Assembly (NCBI RefSeq): GCF_000354175.2
Contig: NC_022359.1
Location: 630,001 to 662,000 of the forward strand
DNA length: 32,000 bases
Source: Vibrio alginolyticus NBRC 15630 = ATCC 17749
GTDB lineage: Bacteria; Pseudomonadota; Gammaproteobacteria; Enterobacterales; Vibrionaceae
Direction: 5' to 3'
Of the stretch, positions 24,745-32,000 are shown in pieces. Position 1 is the stretch's first letter. Each line of letters opens with the position of its first letter. A program made the translations under genes and the position numbers. The notes beneath the pieces were generated by a model, which worked only from the letters and a program-made list of their open reading frames with translations, had not been told where the DNA came from and searched no databases.

Positions 24745-26115
24745 TTATTCGCATGGCGGTGCCATATGAATGACAGCTAAGCCCCCCAAAGAGGTTTCAC
24801 GGTATTTTTTATTCATATCTTTACCAGTCTGATACATGGTTTCGATAACTTTATCTAACGAAATTAAGCATTTACTTGTGCGCTTTAATGCCATACGCGA
24901 TGCATTAATCGCTTTCATTGCTCCCATGGCATTTCTTTCAATACAAGGTACTTGAACCAAGCCGCCAATCGGGTCACAAGTCATACCCAATGAATGCTCC
25001 ATCGCAATTTCCGCAGCAATACAAATCTGCTCGTTACTGCCCCCTCTTAGCGCTGTTAAGCCAGCGGCAGCCATGGATGAAGAAACCCCAACTTCTCCCT
25101 GACACCCCACTTCTGCACCAGAAATTGACGCGTTAGTTTTATATAAGATGCCGATAGCGCCGGCGACTGCGAGAAAGTCTTTTAGCTGTTTAACATCGAG
25201 CTCTTTGATGAAGCGATGGTAGTACATCAATACCGCCGGAATCACCCCTGCTGCGCCATTCGTTGGAGAAGTAACGACTTGCCCTCCTGCTGCATTTTCT
25301 TCACTAACCGCAAAGGCGAAGAGATTGATCCAATCCATGATCTCCATCGGATCGTTTTCAACTGCAGCGTTGGCTTCGAGCTTTTTCAAAAGGTTTGGTG
25401 CTCGACGAGTGACATTTAGACCACCTTCCAAAATCCCTTCCGTATCGAAGCCACGTTGCATGCAGAGCGACATCACTTTCCAAATTTGCTCTGCTCTTTG
25501 GTTAATTTCTTCGTCTGAGCGAAATGCGAGTTCGTTTTGGAGGATCATGCCTCCCAAGCTGAAACCGTTCGTCTCGGCTTTTTCCAGCATCTCATCTGCG
25601 GATGTAAACGGAAATGGTACTGCGACCTCATCTTGTTGCGTGCCGTTCTCTAGTTCGTCGGCGGTGGCGATGAATCCGCCCCCAATGGAGTAATAAATTT
25701 CAAACGCTACTTGATCTCCAGCAGCGTCTAATGCCGTAATCGTCATGCCATTTTCATGCAAGGGAAGGTTGTCGCTATGAAAGACGATGTCATGGTCGTA
25801 GCTAAACTCAATTTGGTGTGTACCGGCGAGCATGAGCGTATTATTGTCTATGGTATTTTGTAGCGCACTTTTGGCACTGCTCATTTTGATGGTATCAGGT
25901 TTATTTCCCATCAAACCAAGGACCGTGGCTCGGTCTGTATGGTGCCCTCGACCTGTCAGTGACAATGAGCCATAAAGGTCCACTTGCACCCGATGCACTT
26001 TCGCCATAGAGTCGCTAACTAGCTGAGTGAAATGGAATCCGGCAAGCATAGGACCATTAGTATGGGAGCTGGATGGCCCGACACCAATTTTAAATATATC
26101 GAAAATCGACAGCAT
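24745..26115 (-). CDS. sdaA: L-serine ammonia-lyase (L-serine dehydratase, single-chain 4Fe-4S type)
   Basis: The N-terminus MLSIFDIFKIGVGPSSSHTNGPM and the length of 456 aa are characteristic. Confidence 0.93.
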   Translation of the reverse strand: MLSIFDIFKIGVGPSSSHTNGPMLAGFHFTQLVSDSMAKVHRVQVDLYGSLSLTGRGHHTDRATVLGLMGNKPDTIKMSSAKSALQNTIDNNTLMLAGTHQIEFSYDHDIVFHSDNLPLHENGMTITALDAAGDQVAFEIYYSIGGGFIATADELENGTQQDEVAVPFPFTSADEMLEKAETNGFSLGGMILQNELAFRSDEEINQRAEQIWKVMSLCMQRGFDTEGILEGGLNVTRRAPNLLKKLEANAAVENDPMEIMDWINLFAFAVSEENAAGGQVVTSPTNGAAGVIPAVLMYYHRFIKELDVKQLKDFLAVAGAIGILYKTNASISGAEVGCQGEVGVSSSMAAAGLTALRGGSNEQICIAAEIAMEHSLGMTCDPIGGLVQVPCIERNAMGAMKAINASRMALKRTSKCLISLDKVIETMYQTGKDMNKKYRETSLGGLAVIHMAPPCE

Positions 26116-26246
26116 AATTGACTTCCTTTAGCAGTGAACCTTTATAAAGGTCTCTAGAACAGTGTTGTTAACTAGATGTTAAAGCTTGTGGGTCGGGAGT
26201 GAAAGAAGATTTTTGTAACACTGCCAACTAAGCGCGAGATTTTAAA

Positions 26247-27089
26247 ATGAAGTTAGACAACATCGTCATCGTTTTAGGTAAACGCCTCGTCAATAACAGG
26301 TTGACCTCTGAGGGCATAACAAGAGTCGAAGCTTTGTCTTGTAGGACTGCATCACTACCGACAGAGCGAACGGCGATTATTTTTTGTGGCGGAGTAACGC
26401 AAGGACAAAGTGTTTCTGAAGCAGAGGCGATGTACGCGTATTTTAGAACCCTAAACGCAGACTCTGTGAATCCGTTCCCTGAACGTCATATACTCTTAGA
26501 AACGGAGTCGTTGAACACGTTTCAAAACATGCGTTATGTTTCCCAAGTTTTGTGCAAAAGTGGGTTGTTCGAGTTATCGTCGGGGCATCCGGTTGAGGTT
26601 ATCTTGCTGTCTAATGACTACCACCTCGAACGAATCATTGATATCCAGAATTTGATGGATGAGCAAGGCTTATTACGAGTACTTAAATCCGATTGCGAAT
26701 CCATGGGGGTGACCCTCAATATTCCACTGGATATCAGCAAACATATTAGCGTGCCATACCCACATAAAGGGCTTATGGCGGAGACATTCTTGCTACTCGA
26801 TGAACTCACAACCTACCGAGTTTATTTAGAAGGGATCAAGCATGGCGCATTTTTCCGAGATTTATCAATTGTCCGAAAAAAGCCACTGATGATCGCAAGA
26901 GATGCTATTCACAAATTGCTCTCTTTACCGCTCGATAAAGAGGCTTTGCAACATATTGAAGAAATGAAAAAGGCCGTCGAAATGACGGCCTTGGATGAAT
27001 CTGTAGGTGCTGCGGAAAAGGCATTAAGTATCTTCCATCCGATACTGACGGCATTGAACCGTCGCTTTGACCCAGAGTCTATTCATTAA
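26247..27089 (+). CDS. DUF218 (YdcF/ElyC/SanA-like) domain protein with a C-terminal extension of about 130 aa
   Basis: DUF218 pattern: IVIVLGKRL..., FCGG...SEAEAMYAYF..., ETESLNTFQN..., LSNDYHLERI. Confidence 0.72.
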   Translation: MKLDNIVIVLGKRLVNNRLTSEGITRVEALSCRTASLPTERTAIIFCGGVTQGQSVSEAEAMYAYFRTLNADSVNPFPERHILLETESLNTFQNMRYVSQVLCKSGLFELSSGHPVEVILLSNDYHLERIIDIQNLMDEQGLLRVLKSDCESMGVTLNIPLDISKHISVPYPHKGLMAETFLLLDELTTYRVYLEGIKHGAFFRDLSIVRKKPLMIARDAIHKLLSLPLDKEALQHIEEMKKAVEMTALDESVGAAEKALSIFHPILTALNRRFDPESIH

Positions 27090-27735
27090 GCTCGCGTTTT
27101 GTGCGGACGGCGCTTAATGCGATCAAACAGTAGCAAAGCAGTTCTATACCTTCTTCTGAGATATTTTTAACATCACGGATGTAATTTTCGTCCATCACTT
27201 GTTGCCAAAAACTACCCATACCATACAAACGAGAGAAGACTAATAATAGCATTACAGCACCAACTAATAGCTTCATATGTGGCACCGTTAAAATGGTCGC
27301 CATTTCGTTCATGGTACCTTTACCACCTTGGTAAGCTTTGGCGCAAGCCAGTGCGGTGACAGCAAGTGCTGGGAAAACCCAAGAGCCATGATGAATCATG
27401 TCTGTCCAATAGTCCGTTTCGCGAATAATCAGTACTGCAAAAAATCCTGCAATCAAAATAGCCGCATGCTTTAGCTGAGGCTGTTGTTTCGATAAGCTGA
27501 AAAACGACCATGATGCAATAGCAAGCATCACAAGCTGGAGCGTTTCTGTAACGGAAAGCTCGCCAAGGCTTGATCCCAACACGACATAATCAAGACGAAG
27601 ACTAAGGTTAACGAGAATACTTATAGCGACAATCATCAAGGCGTTTAAACTCGATTTATAAATAATGCGCTTTGATTTTTCAGTAACAACGTTGCTTGGG
27701 GCTGACTCGGCTTCTTTTACTATTTGTGTTTTCAT
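27079..27735 (-). CDS. Polytopic inner-membrane protein of unknown function
   Basis: There are several hydrophobic helices. The ATG at 27735 is preceded by AGGTGA, while the ORF track start of 27744 is GTG. Its 3' end overlaps the convergent DUF218 gene by 11 bp. Confidence 0.65.
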   Translation of the reverse strand: MKTQIVKEAESAPSNVVTEKSKRIIYKSSLNALMIVAISILVNLSLRLDYVVLGSSLGELSVTETLQLVMLAIASWSFFSLSKQQPQLKHAAILIAGFFAVLIIRETDYWTDMIHHGSWVFPALAVTALACAKAYQGGKGTMNEMATILTVPHMKLLVGAVMLLLVFSRLYGMGSFWQQVMDENYIRDVKNISEEGIELLCYCLIALSAVRTKRELNE

Positions 27736-27920
27736 CTTGCTCACCTGTCCCAGAAAATGTGGAAGAAATGTGAATTAGTGTGATCTGTGTTTGGAATTTT
27801 ATTGTCCAAGTGGAAAGTTATGTCAGGGGGATGTCAAGAATAGAACACTGTTCGATATAGGGTCGATGTGCGGTAAAGTCAGAGATATGTAAAAACAACG
27901 TAAGAACACTTTGATAAATC

Positions 27921-27947
27921 AAATAAAAAAGGAGCCCAAAGGCTCCT
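27921..27947 (-). terminator. Rho-independent terminator of the DUF333 lipoprotein gene
   Basis: Read on the minus strand: aggagcc-tttg-ggctcct followed by tttttttattt. Confidence 0.8.
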
Positions 27948-27984
27948 AAGTGATAGAGGGAAGGTGACGTATCGACAAAAATAA

Positions 27985-28251
27985 TTAGTAGTTGTCACCC
28001 TCATTTTCTTTGTGATTCTCGCGATAGTATTCCCATTGCTCGACGCGTTCATTGTCCGACAGCACACAGTAAGTGACACGTTCGCCGTTTTCCGACACGG
28101 TATCCAGCTCACCACCTTGCTGAACACAGTATACGGCTGCGGGATTTGCAACGGAGGTATACTCAGTTGATCGGGTCGCTCCCTTGTAAGTTGAACAACC
28201 AGCCAGTACCAATGTTGCAGCCATAGCCATCATTAAATTTGTCTTTTTCAT
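27985..28251 (-). CDS. DUF333 family lipoprotein (often annotated as putative hemolysin, COG3042)
   Basis: Lipobox LVLAGC. The DUF333 pattern is NPAAVYCVQQGGEL...GERVTYCVL...VEQWEYYR. Good Shine-Dalgarno sequence (GGAGA). Confidence 0.8.
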   Translation of the reverse strand: MKKTNLMMAMAATLVLAGCSTYKGATRSTEYTSVANPAAVYCVQQGGELDTVSENGERVTYCVLSDNERVEQWEYYRENHKENEGDNY

Positions 28252-28510
28252 TCTTTATCTCCGCATGGGGTGGGCGAGTATTGTATTGATTATAGGCAAC
28301 TTTAAGAGATTATTGTCTTATCGATGTTAAAAGTAAGAGGGACGTATAAGAATTTAGATATTCTCATTTATTGCTGATTAGCACGTCACACTTCTGTTCT
28401 TGGCGTATTGTTGTGAAGGTCATATCAATCACTTCCTGACAAGCGCTCGAACGTACCTGGCCTACAACAATGATTTAAAGTGTGAAATTCGGTAATATGC
28501 GCACAAAACA

Positions 28511-29047
28511 TTGACCGTGGTATTTTCGATGAGACATTTAAAATCGACCGTTCATCCAGACATAGAGCATTTGGATGACAAAATTGTTTTTCAGCGCAAT
28601 GCAGCGCGAGCCATTGTACTTGATGGTGAAGATGTGCTGTTGCTCTATACAGAACGTTACCATGACTACACGCTACCAGGCGGTGGTATTGATGATGGTG
28701 AAGATGTCATTGCTGGATTAGTCCGTGAATTAGAGGAAGAAACGGGCGCCCAAAATATACATGGTATTAAGCCTTTCGGAATCTTTGAGGAGTTTCGTCC
28801 GTGGTACAAGGATGACGCTGACGTGATGCACATGGTGTCGTATTGTTATACATGTAAAATCGAACGTGAGCTAGGCGAAACGGCGTATGAAGATTACGAA
28901 GTTAAAAATGGAATGCGCCCGTTATGGATGAACATTCACGAAGCAATTGCACACAATGAAAAAACGATGGCAGAAAGCCCGAAAAAAGGCATGAGCATTG
29001 AGCGCGAAACGTTTTTGCTTCAGTTGATTTCTAAAGAATTACTATAA
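28511..29047 (+). CDS. NUDIX hydrolase
   Basis: Nudix box GGGIDDGEDVIAGLVRELEEETG. The start is uncertain: TTG at 28511 per the ORF track, or an in-frame ATG at 28529. Confidence 0.87.
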   Translation: MTVVFSMRHLKSTVHPDIEHLDDKIVFQRNAARAIVLDGEDVLLLYTERYHDYTLPGGGIDDGEDVIAGLVRELEEETGAQNIHGIKPFGIFEEFRPWYKDDADVMHMVSYCYTCKIERELGETAYEDYEVKNGMRPLWMNIHEAIAHNEKTMAESPKKGMSIERETFLLQLISKELL

Positions 29048-29114
29048 GCAGCTAGCTTGCATTATTACGACTTAGCTTCTGTTGGCTCTATTGTGGGCAA
29101 AGATTTTAGAGCAA

Positions 29115-29150
29115 TAAAAAAGTCCGGACTCCCCCCCGGAACCCGGACTT
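29115..29150 (-). terminator. Minus-strand rho-independent terminator in the gene-free spacer
   Basis: On the minus strand, aagtccgg...(15 nt)...ccggactt is followed by tttttt. It lies about 330 nt downstream of the SLT gene stop. Confidence 0.65.
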
Positions 29151-29302
29151 ATTCCAGACGCGCAAGCGAAGCGCCATCTTGATATGTTAGATTTGTTTCG
29201 AACTATGAAAACAATAGCTGTTTTACATTTAGTGTGTAAATAATTATTAGGTCTGACCATTGGTTTTCATGTTTTTTGCAAACGCAATGTGACGCATATC
29301 TA

Positions 29303-29335
29303 CCCAATTGCCAAGCGCAATTGGGGCGCTTTTTA
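29303..29335 (+). terminator. Plus-strand terminator-like hairpin in the same spacer
   Basis: cccaattgc-caagc-gcaattggg, then gcgc and ttttt. It lies about 255 nt downstream of the NUDIX stop. Confidence 0.5.
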
Positions 29336-29343
29336 GTAAACCA

Positions 29344-29460
29344 CTACTCTTTCTTATCTTTGAGATACCTTACCTCAACTTTTTTGCACACGTTTGCATA
29401 GAGATCACGAGTTTTCAAATTCGCCGAACAGGATCTTGTAATTTTACGTTTCTCTGACAT
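29344..29460 (-). CDS. Candidate unannotated 38 aa highly basic small protein
   Basis: ATG...TAG ORF read by hand: MSEKRKITRSCSANLKTRDLYANVCKKVEVRYLKDKKE. It starts 21 nt after the SLT stop. It has no convincing Shine-Dalgarno sequence and falls below the ORF-track length cutoff. Confidence 0.25.
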   Translation of the reverse strand: MSEKRKITRSCSANLKTRDLYANVCKKVEVRYLKDKKE

Positions 29461-29481
29461 TGGGCTCTGTCGTAGCTTTTA

Positions 29482-30204
29482 TCACAAATTAACTAGCGGA
29501 GGCAGTCGGCTAAAGTCGACCAGCGGTTGTGAAATCATAGGAGTGTCTGGAGCAAACAAGAGTAAAGGTTGAAATGATGAGGATTGTAACTGACCGATAT
29601 CTATCAACTTTTCCAATGCATAGAAGCGGCTGACGTATTGACGAGTCTCGTTAGGCAGCGTGAGTTGTTGGAAATCTCGACTTCCTGCTTGCTGAATAGC
29701 ACGTGCAACGCGTCCTTCTCCGGCATTGTATGCAGCTAAGGTCAGAGCCATATTTTGATCGAATTTGTTGTATAAAAACGCCAGGTACTTGAGCGCGGCC
29801 GTTGTGCTGGCTTCTGTGTCAAAGCGATCGTCTTGTTTTGTATTTATCGTTAATCCGAATCGTTTCGCTGTGGTTGGTATCAATTGCCAAAGTCCGGCGG
29901 CGTTAGCATGAGAAACGGCTTTGGGATTGTAAGAAGACTCTAACATTGGCACTAAGGCTAGGCTATTTGGTAATGAGTGGTTTTGAAGCTGTTTGAAAAT
30001 GTGGTTAATTACCGGTTTGGATGAATCGAGACGCTTGGCAATTTGTGGCTTATATGGGGCTAATACTTGATACTGCGTTTGAATATCGACAGCATTTGGT
30101 TTTGCCTGGCATGTGAATGGAAGGTAGGACAGAAAGGCAATAAAATAAAAAGGCCTACAGTACTCAGCCGAGATGGCGACTGAATCTGTAGGCAAGACGA
30201 ACAT
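29482..30204 (-). CDS. Soluble lytic transglycosylase (SLT domain, GH23) with an N-terminal export signal
   Basis: The SLT motifs are MLESSYNPKAVSHANAAGLWQLIPTTAKRFGL (catalytic Glu in ES) and TLAAYNAGEGRV. The ATG is 3 nt after the flgN stop. Confidence 0.88.
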   Translation of the reverse strand: MFVLPTDSVAISAEYCRPFYFIAFLSYLPFTCQAKPNAVDIQTQYQVLAPYKPQIAKRLDSSKPVINHIFKQLQNHSLPNSLALVPMLESSYNPKAVSHANAAGLWQLIPTTAKRFGLTINTKQDDRFDTEASTTAALKYLAFLYNKFDQNMALTLAAYNAGEGRVARAIQQAGSRDFQQLTLPNETRQYVSRFYALEKLIDIGQLQSSSFQPLLLFAPDTPMISQPLVDFSRLPPLVNL

Positions 30205-30207
30205 CGT

Positions 30208-30645
30208 TTAGAACGATTTATCTTCATAAGTGTGTTGCACAGGTTGTTTGAGTTGACTGACCAACTCATGGAACGCCGCAGAGCTGTGGCCATTGCTCTG
30301 ATTGTATTGTTGGCACTGACTTACCAACGTTTCCAATAGCGCCCATTGTTTTCTAGCTTGCATACCTATTTGGGCAGGCAAAGCGTTGAAAATTCGTTTT
30401 ACGCTGGCGTCATTACACGCTAACCCCAGCGCTCGCATACACTGGCTTCTGTCATTGGCGGAGCGGCTGAGTTTATTGAGTATCGGCATTTGTTTCTGAA
30501 CATTGTCGTTCAGTGCCTCTCCATCAAACTTTAAGTACAATACCTTTTGCTGCTGAAGCAAAGGAAGCAGTTGTTGATAAAGCTTAATATCCTCAGATAT
30601 AGAGCGAACAAATTGTTGAATTCGCTGCGATACTGCGCTTGCCAT
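30208..30645 (-). CDS. flgN: Flagellar export chaperone FlgN (lateral-type cluster)
   Basis: 145 aa helical protein with a FlgN-like pattern (LLPLLQQQKVLYLKFDGEALNDNVQKQMPILNKL), located immediately downstream of flgM. Confidence 0.8.
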   Translation of the reverse strand: MASAVSQRIQQFVRSISEDIKLYQQLLPLLQQQKVLYLKFDGEALNDNVQKQMPILNKLSRSANDRSQCMRALGLACNDASVKRIFNALPAQIGMQARKQWALLETLVSQCQQYNQSNGHSSAAFHELVSQLKQPVQHTYEDKSF

Positions 30646-30665
30646 GATGTCTTCCTAGCGTTTTA

Positions 30666-30947
30666 TTACTCGTGACCTGTATGGAACTGCATGATTGCCT
30701 TGGATAGCACTTTTGTATCTAGGCTAAGTTCACCACGCGCTAATGCGTTGCGTACTTGTTCTACTTTTTCCATATCAACATCAGGTAGTGATGCCATTTC
30801 AGCTTGAGCGCGATCTATCGCTACGGTATTCGCTTGAAATGCAGGCTCGTGTACTTTGCTCTGTTCGACGACGTCGACAGGCTGTTTGCTTGCTTGCTGT
30901 AATTTTGTTTGTGGGACATGACCGCCCGCGACTTTGTCGATTTTCAT
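30666..30947 (-). CDS. flgM: Anti-sigma-28 factor FlgM
   Basis: 93 aa. The C-terminal segment VDMEKVEQVRNALARGELSLDTKVLSKAIMQFH is typical of FlgM. Confidence 0.85.
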   Translation of the reverse strand: MKIDKVAGGHVPQTKLQQASKQPVDVVEQSKVHEPAFQANTVAIDRAQAEMASLPDVDMEKVEQVRNALARGELSLDTKVLSKAIMQFHTGHE

Positions 30948-31082
30948 GCTGTGGTCCTCATCATCATGTTCTAAATTAAGTAGGCGGTTAGAATGTGATA
31001 AACATTAAATATTTTTTTGTACTCGAAGTTCAGTGTTACTGACGAGAGCCAAAATTAAAAAATGTTACCCCGAGTCAAAAAA

Positions 31083-31880
31083 TCAAAATTGAGTATGAAC
31101 CTGGTTTAATCCAGTTACGACTGCTCTTATGACCTTGCCCGAACTTGGGTTTTCCACGTCAATTTGTTGCCCTTTCGCTCCATCTTCTAAGGCGACTCCT
31201 TTTGTGCTGGCACTAAATCCATTTTTGCTCGCAATGACTATGACTTCATTGCCTTTCTCGATTAGAGGTGGGGCCGACAAATTGGATGGATTAACCACTT
31301 GTCCAGCCCTCAAACGACGAGAGGTTTCTAAGCCTACTGCTTGCTCGGGGCGAGTATAAAAATCGTCTTGGCGAGAGATGGTTCGGGTTTCAAGCTTTAT
31401 GTGTTTAGCCGTTACGACTTCATTTCGGCCAACCGTGGTTGTCGCGACCAAAACAGGCAGAGTCAGCGAAGACTTTATCGTAACGTTAATTCGCCATGGT
31501 GATGCGATATTGTCGCAGCTGACTGAGCGCTTGAGGTTACCGACTGGCAACGTGTTGTTGTCACGACCTGTGATAACTAAAGGCGATTGACATTCTGGCA
31601 AGTGATTGGCAGAACCGGGCACCCACATGTCGAAGTCCAGTTTGTACTCCCCCCACTGATTGGAGAGCGCTACGCGATCCACCTCTTGTTCGAAATCCGT
31701 TGCTACAACGGATTTTATCTCTTCAACGCTGAGGGTTTTGTCATTGGTGTTGGCGAATGCTTGTTCTGATGTCAAAGCGAGTAACGTCAGCATTATTGTT
31801 GAGGAAGTGGACACTTTCCTCTTGTTTTTAATGCTTTCCGAGAGCCGGAAGTTTGGCTTCCATCCTTGTTTGTAAGTCAT
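31083..31880 (-). CDS. flgA: Flagellar basal-body P-ring formation chaperone FlgA
   Basis: The SAF/FlgA C-terminal pattern is RRLRAGQVVNPSNLSAPPLIEKGNEVIVIA...GKVIRAVVTG. It is divergent from flgB. The start codon is uncertain because there is no Shine-Dalgarno sequence at 31880. Confidence 0.86.
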   Translation of the reverse strand: MTYKQGWKPNFRLSESIKNKRKVSTSSTIMLTLLALTSEQAFANTNDKTLSVEEIKSVVATDFEQEVDRVALSNQWGEYKLDFDMWVPGSANHLPECQSPLVITGRDNNTLPVGNLKRSVSCDNIASPWRINVTIKSSLTLPVLVATTTVGRNEVVTAKHIKLETRTISRQDDFYTRPEQAVGLETSRRLRAGQVVNPSNLSAPPLIEKGNEVIVIASKNGFSASTKGVALEDGAKGQQIDVENPSSGKVIRAVVTGLNQVHTQF

Positions 31881-31902
31881 TGATATATATAGCTATTTTT
31901 TA

Positions 31903-31917
31903 TGGCACGTATCTTGT
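31903..31917 (+). promoter_or_regulatory. Candidate sigma-54 (-24/-12) promoter for the flgB operon
   Basis: TGGCACGTATCTTGT has the GG-N10-G spacing of TGGCAC-N5-TTGC, with T in place of the final C. It is 41 nt upstream of the flgB ATG. Confidence 0.55.
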
Positions 31918-31957
31918 TTGTATGTTGGCGTATTCGAGCCAACTGTAAGGAAGATGC

Positions 31958-32000
31958 ATGGCGATCACATTTGAAAATGCTTTAGGAGTACATCCAGAGG
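31958..32000 (+). CDS. flgB: Flagellar basal-body rod protein FlgB, first 14 codons (continues beyond the window)
   Basis: ATG with an AAGGAAG Shine-Dalgarno sequence. MAITFENALGVHPE matches the conserved FlgB N-terminus (MAIxFxxALGxH). Confidence 0.7.
   Translation, partial: MAITFENALGVHPE

Noticed and set aside
27879-28151. 90 aa minus-strand ORF overlapping the DUF333 lipoprotein gene in another frame
   Set aside because: It runs through the terminator hairpin at 27930-27947 and overlaps a CDS with a clear family signature.
29072-29260. 62 aa minus-strand ORF in the NUDIX-SLT spacer
   Set aside because: It reads straight through the terminator hairpin and poly-C/G tract (giving ...SPGSGGESGLFY...) and has no Shine-Dalgarno sequence. 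The region is better explained as non-coding RNA structure.
30948-31082. Sigma-28 (TAAAG-N15-GCCGATAA type) promoter upstream of flgM
   Set aside because: I could not find a convincing match on the minus strand of this spacer, so no call is made.
31927-31941. Sigma-54-like motif on the minus strand facing flgA (TGGCTCGAATACGCC)
   Set aside because: The GG-to-GC spacing is one nucleotide short of the consensus and the -12 element is poor, so I do not call it.
1-32000. Searched by eye for CRISPR arrays, tRNA or rRNA genes, IS elements, integrases, phage genes, toxin-antitoxin pairs and known defence-system genes
   Set aside because: I saw no regularly spaced repeats, no cloverleaf-like or rRNA-like segments, and no transposase, recombinase or nuclease-helicase type ORFs. 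The gene content reads as a conserved chromosomal backbone rather than an accessory island.

Overview
This 32 kb window looks like ordinary chromosomal DNA from a Vibrio of the Harveyi clade (V. parahaemolyticus or a close relative), probably chromosome 2. That inference rests on the thermolabile hemolysin gene tlh at one end and an E. coli-style flgN-flgM-flgA / flgB lateral-flagellar junction at the other. All identifications come from motif recognition and recall; no searches were run.

Gene order, left to right:
- the tail of an efflux outer-membrane factor
- a divergent AhpD-like / TetR pair
- tlh, divergent from an S8 subtilase (PrtA-like) that is followed by a small secreted copy of the subtilase propeptide
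- a complete 2-aminoethylphosphonate (AEP) phosphonatase island: phnW, a PbfA-like gene and phnX on the minus strand, and phnS, phnT, a fused phnU and phnR on the plus strand
- an EamA transporter
- a virK/ybjX gene coupled to a small outer-membrane barrel gene
- a small secreted protein, an FAD oxidoreductase, an M14 carboxypeptidase and an OmpA-family protein
- two LysR regulators, one paired with a 78 aa secreted peptide
- sdaA, a DUF218 protein, a membrane protein, a DUF333 lipoprotein and a NUDIX hydrolase
- an SLT lytic transglycosylase coupled to flgN, then flgM, flgA and the start of flgB

I found no rRNA, tRNA, CRISPR array, IS element, integrase or prophage signature, and no recognisable defence system. 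I cannot point to a clear-cut new multi-gene system.

The most interesting things I can support are:
1. the protease plus free-standing propeptide pair
2. the regulatory layout of the phn island: three TGGT-N4-ACCA operators and two Pho-box arrays, in two similarly built promoter modules
3. the virK-barrel operon, with four phased TTGAAC-type repeats upstream of the neighbouring gene
4. a 434 bp gene-free spacer with two opposed terminators and an unannotated 38 aa basic ORF beside the lateral flagellar cluster
5. the lytic transglycosylase translationally coupled to flgN
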